Notes under the pieces: generated by a model
The model's database searches: none
What the model was told of the DNA's origin: nothing
Seen by the model: only the letters and a program-made list of their open reading frames with translations
Program-made: the position numbers and the translations under genes
Part shown: piece by piece, positions 39,608 to 51,794 of the stretch
Numbering within the stretch: position 1 is the first letter of the stretch
Layout: every line of letters begins with the position of its first letter
NCBI GenBank assembly: GCA_038496445.1
Contig: JALMLS010000064.1
Span: 774,758-838,757, forward strand
DNA from: Trichosphaerium sp. ATCC 40318
Taxonomy: Eukaryota; Protista; Tubulinea
Length of the DNA: 64,000 nt
Direction: 5' to 3'

Positions 39608-39848
39608 GTAGTGTAAACAAAGCATTAACTTATAAGTTAAAATGTGCCAGTTTTCTACCAAATCCCAAAGCACGGTTTACAACCTCATTTGTATATTTTA
39701 CAGTGTTTTACTATCTGTGGCGTTAGTTGGGCTACAACTTCAGAGTCAAAAGGGAGCACGTGATACAAGAGAAACAAGAAGTTTATTTACACCTTTGGGA
39801 CAAATAAAAATGGTGTTTTGGTTTTTTTTGGGTTGTTCTTTGTTTTTA

Positions 39849-42800
39849 TCACCGTGAGTCCCTATCATTATCAAAATTTGGTCTATCTCTATTTTTTCTT
39901 TTCTGTTTGTATGCTTTTCTTTCCATAAACTTTTGAAGTTTTCCTGTCTTGCTCAGTCTCTTGAATTTGGATTTCAACATTTCCTCATTAATCTGCCTAT
40001 CTGATAATACAAATGGCTTTTGTCCTCTCTCAACCCTCTCAAGTTGCTCTTTCTTATGTCTAGATATTATCTCTGATTTTTCTACCTTATCCAATCGCTT
40101 TTGTTTCTTTTGTCGCTAAAGAAGAAACATGGTAAATACAAAGAAACACGTAACAATTGTTGGGTTTTAATTTGGAAAAAAACTGAAAAAAAACAAAAAA
40201 ACGCTCTTCTTACCAGTGTGTTAATAGCACTCTGTAATTTTGCTCTATCTTCATCACTATGTCTTTTACGTTTCAATTCCTTAACTAATCCATTCAATTC
40301 CTTTTCTTCCATTTCAGCAATGAACTTATACTGCTCTCTAAAGGAAACAATGAGAAACGCAAAAAAAACCAACCAAACTATCACAAAAAACATACCCTAC
40401 GAACGGACTGACGTGTTTTCTTGATACAACATCAAACCTAGGATCACGGCCACGTTCTTTTCTTATACGCTGGAGTGGTGCTGGCTTTACCTTACTAGAT
40501 ATCTCAGCTGGTTGGTCACCTGTTTTTTTATGACCACGTTTCTGTCTAATCTCGTATGCTCTTTCTCTTGCATCGTGTCTCTTTATACCAAACAGAGACT
40601 TACGTTGTGTTGCATCTTTTTGTTGCTTTAAAATATCACCAAATGAAGTACTTGCAAGTCCAGCATCCTATTAAAGAAAAAAAATTAATCACGTGGCTAA
40701 CAAAAGAGTAAACAAAAAAAGAAAATAAACGTACTTCCAAAACAGAATTAAAGCCTTCTTTTTTATCTTCATCCATAGGCTCTACACCATCGTCCTGAAC
40801 TCTTCTCTAAATAGCATAGTCAATATTTAAACCAACAGATGGCACAGTCATACACGTTTTACAGGACGCTCAATTCTCTGGCGTTGTACTGGCATTTGCG
40901 TAGGTAATCGTCGTTTAGTACCCTTTGCTGTTTTAACACTTCTAAAAAAGATGTCAGTTTCGGACTTTCTGCACTCTTTTTGTTTGCTACTCACCGTTTC
41001 TTTAAGCTCCACATGCCCCAATCAGACTCACTTGAGTCATCGGAGTCTTTACTATTATCATCATCTGAGGAACCATCTTCATCAGAAGAGGACGAAGATG
41101 AATCACTAGATTCTGATTTTTTAGGGTTTAAGCCGAATAAGTCAGCAGATGTTACACCTGATGCTTTTGTAGACATTTGCATAGGTGCACCAGAATCAGA
41201 CGAAGACTCTTCACTCTCTTCAATAGGCATACGATCTAGATTTGAGTTAAAACAAACAAAAGAAGAGCAAGAAAAAAGCCAGAAATGCTTACCTGCAGAT
41301 GGTTTACCCGTTTTTATCAAAGCTGGACCAGAATCGTCCTCGCTATCACTTGCTTCAATTGTCTTTTGTGTCATTGCACGTTCTGCTAACATACGTCTTC
41401 TATTTTGTGAACCATTTCTTTGTTCGTTTTTAGATGACTGCATTGCTGGAGCACCATCAGAGTCACTTGAACTCTCGCTGATTTCACGCCTTGAAGAAGT
41501 TACTTTCTTAGGTTGTGTTTGTTGTCTCCCTGAACGTCTTGTACTCTGACTTTCCCTGTTCTTGCTTGATTGTATAGTAGGAGCTCCTGAAGATGAACTG
41601 TCACTTTCAGAAGAGTCTATAGGTTTAGATTTAACACTACGCATAGCAGTAATGTTTCTAGACATTGATCTGTCATTAGTTGATCTGGCAGGCTTTTTAT
41701 CAGAAGATCTGCTTGTTTTAGAGCTCATTGCTACTGGTGGTCCAGAGGAAGACGAAGAGTCGCTATCAAAAGTCTTAGGTGCTGGTTTAACTCTTTTAAC
41801 TGGAGTAGAAGAGCGTCTTGTTTCGTGTTTTGTAGGACGCTTTGTCGAAGCCGTTTCAGGTGGACCAGAATCACTGTCACTATCGCTTTGCATTGCTTGT
41901 TCACGCACTGGTTTCCGTTGAGTTTGTGTACGTTTTTGTGGTATTGGTGGGTTTGTTGGTTCTTTTTCAACAGGTGGAGGAGCAAATTGCCTACTTGGCT
42001 TAAATTTTGAAGCATCAAACTCTTCATCTGATGAAGAAGAAAATTCATCATTTACGCTTGTTGATTTCTTTGGTTTTTTTTGATTCTGTTGCTTCCTTGA
42101 TGAACTCGAAACAGGTCGTTTCATTGTTTGTTTAGTTTGTGGTTTCTGATCTTCGTCAGAATCGTCAGAAGATGAATCATCTGGGAAAGAAGCTTCTTTG
42201 AATACTTTTCCTTTTGGTGATCCTTTAACAATTCTAGATGTTCCTGAAGTGTTCGTAGATGCACGCTGAGGTGTCTTTCTTGTTGCTTGAACTACTGGCT
42301 CTTCATCAGAGTCATCTGAATCATCAGGAAATGATGCCTCTTTAAAGTGTTTCCCTTTTGATACTTGGCCATTGTTTTGTCTCTGAACAGGACGTGATCG
42401 TTGTTGAGTACGTTGTGGGGGTTGTTTAAATTTTTGTTGTGTTGGCTGGTCTTCAGAAGAATCATCTGAATCATCCGGAAATGAAGCCTCTTTGAATCTC
42501 TTGCCTTGTGGTGGATCTCTGTCTCTACGCATTGGCTGTGTTTGGCGACGCACTGGAGGCTCTTGTCTTGAGGTTCTTCTAGTACTTGTTTGTTGCATTG
42601 GAGCAGAGTCAGAGTCATCTGAGTCATCCGGAAATGATGCCTCTTTGAAACGTTTTCCACGCTCTTCTCTATTATTACCACGGCTGTTGTTGCGTCTATC
42701 ATCGCTATATCTATCGTGTTCCATTCGCTTAGGAGATGGTTCACGCATAGGACCTGGTTCAGGAGGAGGTTGCTCTTTGTAGCCGCGAGGAGCGCCCCAT

Positions 42801-43330
42801 GATTCCCCTGATAGTAAAAGTTAATTTGCTGTGACAGATGTCAGGCTAAGAGAATTTTGTAACGTACAAGGACTATCGTCATAATTACGTGTACTACGAC
42901 CTCTATCACCGTGCACGCGCATTCGTCCTCTATCATCGCGAAATTCATTATTATTGCTCCTTCTGTCATTACGACCCCAGTCGTCGCGTGGTCTGTCCCA
43001 TTCATTGCGTATTCTACTAGCTTTCCCTGTTGTGAAAACGCCAAAGTGCTCACCTTTGTAGATTTCAACATTATCCTCTCCAGTTGGTCTAAACGTGCTA
43101 CCCTTGGATGGGGCAACAAAGAAATCGTCTATTTCCGCTTTTGATGCTGGTTGGGGTCTGTCACGTTGAACTGTTGGTTTGACGTCATTTTCCGCATCAA
43201 TACTACGCCTTGATGCCCTTTCTCGGTCTGGTTCGTCATCATGAAAAAAATCTGATAATTCTCTGTCTTTGCGCTTTTTAACTATTCTACGTTCCTTCTT
43301 GTTTCGCCGTTTGCGATCATAGTCAGTCAT
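39849..43330 (-). CDS. RRP36: rRNA biogenesis protein RRP36 (DUF947) with very long low-complexity N-terminal extension
   Basis: QPAEISSK, RGRDPRFD, QYKFIAE..EKE, HKKEQLERVERGQKPF.L, KFKRL.KTGKLQKFMERK motifs in the 3' exons. Confidence 0.8.
42150..42660 (-). repeat. Four coding repeats of GKxFKEASFPDDS in the RRP36 N-terminal extension
   Basis: GKRFKEASFPDDSDDS twice, GKHFKEASFPDDSDDS and GKVFKEASFPDDSSSDDS in ORF 40991..42748. Confidence 0.9.
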
Positions 43331-43457
43331 GACTGACGTTCGGCTACCAGAAAGTGTACAAAACAGTAAAGCAAGTTATTTTACCACAATGGCAAACGAA
43401 AAGAGCTGACCGACACCACAGCTTTTTTTATTGTTACTTCAACTCAAAGCAACAATT

Positions 43458-44146
43458 ATGGGCGTCTTATCTGTTATTAGCTTCCTTGTCACTGCACTTT
43501 TCACTTTCGTTTTCATTATGGCTGGAACCGTAAAGGTTTCACCACTTGTAGACCCTGCTATTCATGAGGAAATGAAGCAAAACTTTCAAGAGAAATGGGC
43601 CCGTACGTTAAAAATGCAATAAACCGACTGAACCTTACGCCTTTGTAGCAATATTTGGATTAGAGGAGCTACAAGAAGAGTTTCGTGTTGGTCTTGGTGC
43701 CACCGAAATTATCTGCGCACTACTACTTTGGACTCCACTATCTACACTCTCAAACCTCGTATTGATGGTATGTAACACGTCAACGTTAATTTGTTTTTAC
43801 CAAAAACCGTCTAAATCTCCGCCTGCGCTCAAAAACAACGCTAGAGCAACTTTGACACTAAGAAAATCCTTTATTATTGCTCGTGACTCACATCAACACG
43901 GGTCCATTAACTTCGTTTTCTCCGCTTCTCATCAACTACTTAGGTCATTATGGGCGGCGCTGTGTACAGCCACGTTACCGTAGACGATCCACAAGAGAAA
44001 ATTATGGCAAGTCTTTGTTGGCCTTGTTTTGAAGCTAATTTTTTTCTTATCTTTAGGCTCCTGCAATTCTAGGCGCTGGACTATTCGTTCTTTTCGTACT
44101 TAACATGGCAAGCGGATCATCCAAGCAAAAATCAAAGACTGCTTAA
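43458..44146 (+). CDS. TMEM35: TMEM35/NACHO-like (DoxX family) four-TM ER protein; 3 introns
   Basis: FIMAGTVKVSP.VDPAIHEEMKQNF, RVGLGATEIICALLL, MGGAVYSHVTVDDP; KxKxx C-terminus (KSKTA*). Confidence 0.75.
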
Positions 44147-44309
44147 AAAACAAAGCAAACCCTTTGCTAGTACTATACTATTACCTCTCTTCGAGCGTTT
44201 AGAAACAAGAACCAATAAAAAAATGCTCTCCCTTAGTCAGTTAAGCACTCACCGCCCAGTACACTTCTGCTACGTTACAACTGGCTTCCCTGCACGACCA
44301 ACAGTAAGC

Positions 44310-46076
44310 ATGCTCGTTGTAGGGTTGATGAGGTTAGAATATTAATAAACTATGTTAAACTGCTTAAAAACGCTAGTGGCACCTCAGTGGATGGTATCGA
44401 CGCGGTTGTGGCATCAATTAGTGAGAGGTTAGTTGGTAAAGGGACAATTCGTTACGAAATTAAGACTAAAGCGTTTCAAACGTATCCATGGCCAAATAAA
44501 ACGCGAGAGGTGAAGTTTATAGCTTTACTTAGTACATAACTGACAGATGGGGGCATGTAGAAAATATTTTCTCTCTTCACGGAAGCAGGAAGCAACTCAC
44601 AAGCAATATGTCAAGCAAACTTTGAATTGGCGAAAGTTTTTGCTGACACTTCTTTGTCTATTATTAAAGAAGCTGGATTACAGCCTAAGGATATAGCTCT
44701 CATAGGTATGTACTGTGTAGTACCTCGTTGTAGGTGTGATAGTCATAAACACCTCTAGGATCACATGGACAGACAATTTGGCATGATTTTGATCAAAGCA
44801 CTAAGGAAGTATCTAGCACTCTTCAAATCGGTAGGAAAGTTTTGTTTGTTGTATGCTAAAATAGTTGATTAGGTGACCCTTCAGTTATTGCACAGTTAAC
44901 TGGTATAAATCTTTATAAAGCACGTAGTGAAGTCTCATTTTTTTTTAATTATTAGGCATCACGTGCATTGGTGATTTTAGGGTTGCAGATGTTGCAAAAG
45001 GTGGACAAGGAGCTCCACTTACGTCTGTGTTTGACTATCTCGTATTGAGACCAAAATCAGGCAAATTTCGTGCAATACAAAACATAGGTAATGTGGAAAG
45101 CCAAAGGCTCTAATAGTGATGTCGGATTCTAGGTGGTATGGCAAACGTCACATTTGTACCTCCAGAAACGAACAAAGAGTGCAACCCTAGTAAGGTTTTC
45201 CCCAGAAAGATCGACAGATAGAACTCACGCTCTTAAAGTTGCTTTCGATACTGGTCCAGGAAATGTTCTATTAGATTGGCTTGCAACCAAAATATCAAAT
45301 GGAGAAAAAAGATATGATAAAGATGGTGAAATAGGAAAACAAGGAACAATATCCAGTACGTTGCTTATACCTTAAATATTCTAAACAATCATAGATGATT
45401 TACTTGAACATATGCTATCCAATCCATACTTTGATATGGACCCTCCAAAGACAACAGGACGAGAACTCTTTGATAGCAAGGTAAAGAGTATTTTTATCCA
45501 AATCACAAGTACTTAGTCTTTTATTTTAAGCTTGCTGAAGAATGGTTGTTAAAGTCTCAAGAGCTTAATATGAGTAATGAAGATTACATGGCAACACTAA
45601 CTGAGGTAAAGAGTAAAGAAGTTGCACGTGATATTTTTTATATTAAGCTATTTATAGCTCACAGCGAAATCGATCGCTTTGGCATATAAGAAATGGTGTT
45701 CTCCTTTAGGTGTTATTGGTGATGTAGTAATAGGTGGTGGAGGTGCATCTAACCCATTTCTAATGGAAAGACTTCAATTCAATCTCAAAGAATACTGTAA
45801 CAAAGATGTTGCTTTAAAGTCACATGAGGTATAACACACGTTTTCTTGGTTTTTTTTGCTGGGTGAATTATAACTAAAACCGTTCAGGACATTGGTATTG
45901 ATAGTGACGCTAAAGAGGCTCTTGTGTTTGCTCTTTTGGCTTATTTGACAGCTAAGGGTAGAAATGGAAACGTGCCTTCGTGCACTGGTGCTAAGGGAGC
46001 TTGTATTCTCGGTAAAATTGCTCCAAGTGCAAATTTTGTCAGTGTTGTGCTTTCTTCAAACAAGCAAAGTTATTGA
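44310..46076 (+). CDS. anmK: Anhydro-N-acetylmuramic acid kinase / levoglucosan kinase family, multi-exon
   Basis: [103 protein letters not shown]. Confidence 0.93.
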
Positions 46077-46108
46077 ATAAACACATTTGCTTTACTTTAC
46101 TATTTAGT

Positions 46109-49100
46109 TTAACAAGCAAGAAGTGCACATAGTTCGGCACATCTAGCTGCTAGCCAATCTTTATGTATTAGAGAATCTAACCATTCTTTTGGTAAACTAC
46201 TGTAACCCATCCTACAGCCCATTAAAGCGCCAGCGACAACTGCATTTCTATGCAAAGTTAAGGAAAACAATAGAACAAGTTACACAACAAAAAAAAGAAG
46301 CAGTTGAAAAGATACGAATCAGCATCTCCAGCTTCTAATGAAATTCGATAAATGGAGCTCTTGAAACAATGTCCTTTTCTCAAGGCTAAAAGTGCTGATC
46401 CCATAGACTTGTATGTGTAACCTACAAAGAAGCTCAGCAAAGTATAGAATACGAACTTAGGTTTTTTGGATAGTTCTCTTGTTTCTAGGATTTTTTCGTA
46501 CCTATGGAGCTTCCTTGATCCAAATCTAGTACATCGAAATCACCATACAAGTATTTTTTAAACTCAGCATAATCTAGTTGGTCCTCATCAAAGCGTTCTA
46601 AAACATGAGCCTCAACTTTTTCACAAATATCTTTCGGATTGTCGTTGCCCATTAACAAAAGTCTAATAGCTTCTGTTATTGCTAAACAACTTGCTTGACA
46701 TCTAGGGTCAACATGTGTAACCTAATAGATAGTGGATACAACAATAGTGATTCCGCTTGCAAAAGTTAAGGCCATAAACGAACTTACCTTACAAACGTCA
46801 ACTGTTTGTTTTGCTACTTTTTCTTTGTCCCAAAAACTAGGTGCACCAAGAATTGCTGTACCTAAATAGAGGATCCGTAAACGCCATAATTTAAGTAGGT
46901 GCTACATACGCATCACTGCACCATTAGCAGCACCAGATCTGTTTTGGCGTTCCCATATTGCACTAACATTAAAAACGTCAAAACGAATAAAACTCAACAA
47001 AAAACTTCACTAACGTTGCTGCTTTATGTGGGTCTTGTAGGAAATCATCGTGTCCAAGTACTCCAGAGACGGTTTTACCTATTTCAAAAAATAAACTCTC
47101 TAGAGCTCTTGCTAAGTTTATTAAAGGTACCGATGCCCATGCCTCCAGAATCTCCCATTTCGGCCATACCCTACATGAATGTTTTAGTGATAATCTATTA
47201 CCTCTATTTGTACTTCGTAAGCCCATCGTAGAAGAGACTCGGCGTATTCTTTTAAGTCAACACTTCCGCCATTTTTTAACAAGTTCATTGCAATAAGAAG
47301 CATTTGATCTGTATCATCTGTCCAGTCACCTTCCTCCCATCGTTTTCTATGTGTTTGAGATCAATTGAGCATGCTTATTCGATTCTATCTTACCTATGAG
47401 GATCTCTGATGATCGAAGAAACTTCGAGATCTTTACCTCCATAATAAAAAAAAGCTTGCTTCTTGGATAAGAACTCTGTTGATAGTCCAACAGCATCTCC
47501 AAGCGCTGCGCCAAACACCAGGCCGAATAATTTATCTCTTAAGGCGTCGCCAGATATAGGTAGGTCTGAAGGGATATCCAAAGGTTTAATGTGGTCAATT
47601 GGAACATTAGAAACGTCAGGAAGTGGTAAGAGTTCTGATGGTTTCAAATCCTTATCGAAAAGGTAAGAACAATATCAGAACCAATTGCTTTTATCGTACT
47701 TCTGGTTCTTGACCTCTTAAGAACTCAAGAATCGATCTACCAGTGCTCATATCTTCTGAAATGATTTTTATAAGTTGCTTGGATTCAAATTTGTTCCCTG
47801 TTAGGTTCAGACGTGTGATAGATGATAAGGTTTTGAATATTTCTTCGTTAATTTTTGTTAATTTGTTGAAGCTGAGGAATAAGCTCTTGAGGTTTGTTAA
47901 GTTCACAATATCGTCAGGAATATCTTTTAAATCATTACAAGACATGTCAAGAGAAGTAAGAGATGTCATTTGAAGTATAGGCGAAGGTATTTCAGAAAAT
48001 CCAGATACTCTAAATAGCTTTTAAGTCCTTTTCAAGGTGAGATAGATGTACCTCAAAGAAATACTTTGGAGATTTGATAGGTTTACAATATCTTTATGAA
48101 TGATTGGTACGGTATTACCATAAAATTCGAGTGTAGTGAGGTTTGTCAGGAGTAAAATCTCTGGTGGAAAAGTAGTCATTTTGTTCAAAGAAAGATCCAA
48201 GTTTGTGAGGTTTGCAAGGTTTTTGAATGTATCAGGTACTGATGCTATACGAGTGCCATGTAAATTTAAATATGTCAACGATTTGCAGTGGCCTTGAAAG
48301 AATTAATACTAGAGTTAGAAGCAGCTTGAGCTTACCTATACTGTCTGGAAGCGATCTAAAAAGATTCTGGTTCAAGTTAAGTTCCTTCAAGTTCTGAAGC
48401 TGCTCGAAGTCCCCAATATCTCTTAACTGGTTGTAATGCGCTAATAGAGTAACCAAACTCTCTGGGAGTTTAGGAAGATGTGTCAATCTCATCTCGCTGA
48501 TGTTCAAGAACGTTAATTTCGACATTGTATCCAAATCTGTTGAAAACGCGAACTGTTAGTTGCCATAATGAGTACACAATCATATTTCGAACCTGGGATA
48601 CGGATAATTGCATCAGATTGGGGTAGGACATGATCTTTCTCGTCTATTGCTTGTATTGGATTGTGATGTAAATCCAAGAATGTCAAGTTTGTCAACTCTT
48701 TAATGAAATCAACATTGCGAAGCCAATTCCACGATAAGTCCAAATGTGTCAAGGAGGTAAATGATGCTAGAACAGTAGGCTCTTTCAATAGGTAGTTCTT
48801 TCGTGCTTTAAGACTTGTTAATTGTTCTTTGAGCGCTATAATTTAAGTTAACTTTCAACTAGGGTAATTGACTTTTTTTTCTGATAAAACCTGACTTAGC
48901 TCACGTGGTAAAGGCTGAACGGGTTCTGTTTACGTGCCTGATAAGTTCTCTAGTTCTGTAAGTTTGTTGTAGCTGATATCAAGAACATGTAACGCAGATA
49001 AACCACCGATGGCTTCATTTAGATTTAACAGTGCCAAACGGCTTAGATCGAGCGATTCAGAGTCCTATTAAGTGTTAGGAGTGTATGAGAGGATGTTTGT

Positions 49101-49264
49101 ACAGATTTGTTAATAATATCTATTGCGAGGGCGTATAGTGCGTTTGAACGCGCTGAGGGATCTTTAAAAAGGTCTTTTACACGTTCTTGCAATGTAGGAC
49201 GTTTTACTGGTTGAAATTGCTTCTTTTCAACGTTTACTGATTCTTTGGAGTCTTTCGCTCCCAT
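46109..49264 (-). CDS. LRR plus ADP-ribosylglycohydrolase (ARH/DraG family) fusion with N-myristoylation motif
   Basis: MGAKDSK start; many LxxLxLxxN repeats (47700-49040); hydrolase motifs GAALGDAVG, GDWTDDTDQ, AANGAVMRT, THVDPRC, GYTYK, GDADSNAVVAGALMG. Confidence 0.9.
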
Positions 49265-49557
49265 TGCAGCCTATTGTTTATGTAATCTTCAAATTGAGAT
49301 ACCCGTTAGGCTAACTGACTTGAGAACTTCACAGAAACATCACTAAACAATCAAAATTAGTCATGACTTTTTGCGACTTCCAGCTCGTTTGAACACCTGA
49401 AAGACTCCGCTTAAAGCTGTAATGACATGAAATGTTACACATAACCACAAGTAACACGAACAAATATACAGTGAAGCTCTGTAGAGCAGATCTTTTTTCA
49501 ATCATACTAAGTTTAGACTAGGCTAAATACTTTATTTCAATATGAGTACTGGGTACT

Positions 49558-50109
49558 TTATCCTATTATAAGGTTCTTACAGACGATGTCATCGTGGATT
49601 GTTGTACTACCCCCACCTCCTATTCTGATGTCGGCATTTGGGTTGTTCATCTTTCCGCGAATGTGCACGTGATTTCCTGGACTACTTGCTATTTTTACCT
49701 CAAGTATTGTTATACGGGAAGCATCTTTAACAACCCATTCCGGAAACTGTTTAGCATTCAGTCCATTCCACGCTGGGTGCATGCCGTGACAAGAATTATA
49801 GCCTTGAGATACCCAAGACCCTTGGTAATCATTTTGTTCTCCACTGAAGCGAAATTAGAAATAGAAAGGAAGAATAGTTCCGTACGGTTGAGTCTTGAGT
49901 TTACCGAGGTTAACTTGTACTTTAACGAGAAAAAGCGTTCCCTTTTGACCAGTTTGTTCAGCACGAAGCTTAGCGACTTCAATAGCGTATTGTTCAGTTG
50001 TAAGATACACACCAGGACCAAGTCTGCCTCTACTGCTTGGTCTCAACCCATTAGAGGTAATACTCGCTACGCAGTCAGCTTTTGTGCCGTGGTAAAGTGT
50101 TGTTGACAT
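49558..50109 (-). CDS. Gig2-like / PARP-fold ADP-ribosyltransferase; 1 intron (49844-49885)
   Basis: LYHGT..CVASITSNGLRPS..GRLGPGVYLT, VQVNLGK, SWVSQGYNSC, QFPEWVVKDASRI; the intron joins the two ORF-track fragments in frame. Confidence 0.82.
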
Positions 50110-50158
50110 GTTTGAATAGCTAATTTTAACAGTAAGTTCCTAGCTCTTCTCGGCTTAA

Positions 50159-50188
50159 CAACGAGTTCCTTAAAAAAGGAACTCGTTG
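50159..50188. promoter_or_regulatory. Perfect 13-bp-stem hairpin/palindrome 50-80 bp upstream of the ART start codon
   Basis: CAACGAGTTCCTT-aaaa-AAGGAACTCGTTG; regulatory role is inferred from position only. Confidence 0.5.
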
Positions 50189-50397
50189 ACTTCGTACTCT
50201 AATTACTTTTCGTTGTGTATTCCCCAAAAATGCGATCAATCTAGTCGAAATGTAAGTGTAGAAGGTCTTGATAGGTCATTCTCTTGACGCGGTTAGGAAT
50301 AAAGACACACTAAGTCATAAGGCCGCTTCATGAGGGCCACGTGATATCACATATAGCCACCTGAGTGGAAGTGTTGATTAACGAAGTCATTTTACTT

Positions 50398-51487
50398 TTA
50401 CAAAACAATTAGTCCTGTTACAATAAAGAGAATTGGTAGTAATCCTACAGTGACTCCACTTGAAGGTGCTGTAGTTGGCTCTGGTGTAGTTGGTTGCGTT
50501 GTTGGTGATTCCGTAAACGGCGCTATTGTTGGTGGCGGTAAAGTTGATGGAGGTTCTGTAGGAGGTGGAGTAGTTGTTGGCAAAGTAGTTGGTGGCTCTG
50601 TAACAGGTGGTTCAGTATAAGGAGGCGCTGTAGTTGGTGGTTGAGTTGTAGGCGATTGAGGATTGAGAGGCGGGTAGCAATCTCCGTAGGCAGTCTCATT
50701 AACAGCGGTCTGGTTTGTAATAGCATAGTGCGTATTAAAGTAGCTTTCTACCATCTCAATCTCTTCTGTTGTGAGAGTCCTGTTGTATACGATAATCTCA
50801 GCTACCTCCCACTGTGAACGTTGTAAAGCTGTGTCCATGTAGTTGTTGATGGTAAAGTGATCTGGATCCTCGGTTTCGCCATCAATATTATGCACTGTTA
50901 GGTTGTAGCCATTTCCTCTGTAATTTCTACGCTGGGACACAGACAATACCCAGCTGTTCCCAAATTTATCTCCTTGTGTTGTAAGCCATGCCGGGCCTCC
51001 AATCGATGGGTTTCTACCGTTGCCAGCTACACCGGACCATTGATTGACATGACCTGAGTACCAATTTGTTGGAGAGCGAGTAGTGAATATACGAGCGCGA
51101 TTTGCTGTTGTTTCGCTAGCGTATCTACAAGCAGGTTAAAGAGTGTCTCGGTATTGATTTAGGTTACCTGCTAAGTCCAAAGAATGTCATGGAGTCACCA
51201 ATGGCGCCACTAAAGACCATTGTATCTGCTGTACCGCCATACAGAGTTTGGTATATTTTCCCATTAACATACTCCTTAGGCGCTACTTTGGGCGCTCCTC
51301 GCGTCTCAGTAGAGTTGTGGCCGTTTCCAGAAACATCCACCCAAACTTTTGTAATATTATCGTATGAATCCCCTCTTAGCCACGTAAATACGCTGTCGCC
51401 TAGAGGTAAGCAGCAGCTACATGATGCTGTGGTTTGACTGATAAACAGAAACAGTGAGAGAAATAATACAACGTGACTTGTTGCCAT
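50398..51487 (-). CDS. Cell-surface LamG/concanavalin-like domain protein with Thr/Pro stalk and C-terminal hydrophobic (GPI or TM) anchor; 1 intron
   Basis: Signal peptide; WLRGDSY...WVDVSGNGHN and WEVAEIIVYNRTLTTEEIEMVESY motifs; PPTT repeats; hydrophobic C-terminus. Confidence 0.78.
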
Positions 51488-51794
51488 AGAGTATAGAGAT
51501 AGGTGGAATTATACAGAGAAATACTGATCCCACATTTCAGAAGCGTGTCACTTTTTGTTCACTAAACCAAAAACTACCAAACGCCATTATCTCGCTATCG
51601 CCTCCTTTGTCGCTACCGCAGTACGCTTTTTTTAGCTATTGTGACAAAGCATTTTGTTTTATTTACTACCACGGTTCAATAGCACATTTTTTCCAATATT
51701 TTGGAAATACAAAAAGTTATCACGTGGGCAACTTAACTTATTTTGTTAAGGTCATTTTGTGGTGTACATCTCGTTTTTTACAAAGTTAGCCATC

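Noticed and set aside
40980-42782. Several + strand and alternative-frame ORFs over the RRP36 extension
   Set aside because: Shadows of low-complexity Ser/Asp-rich coding sequence
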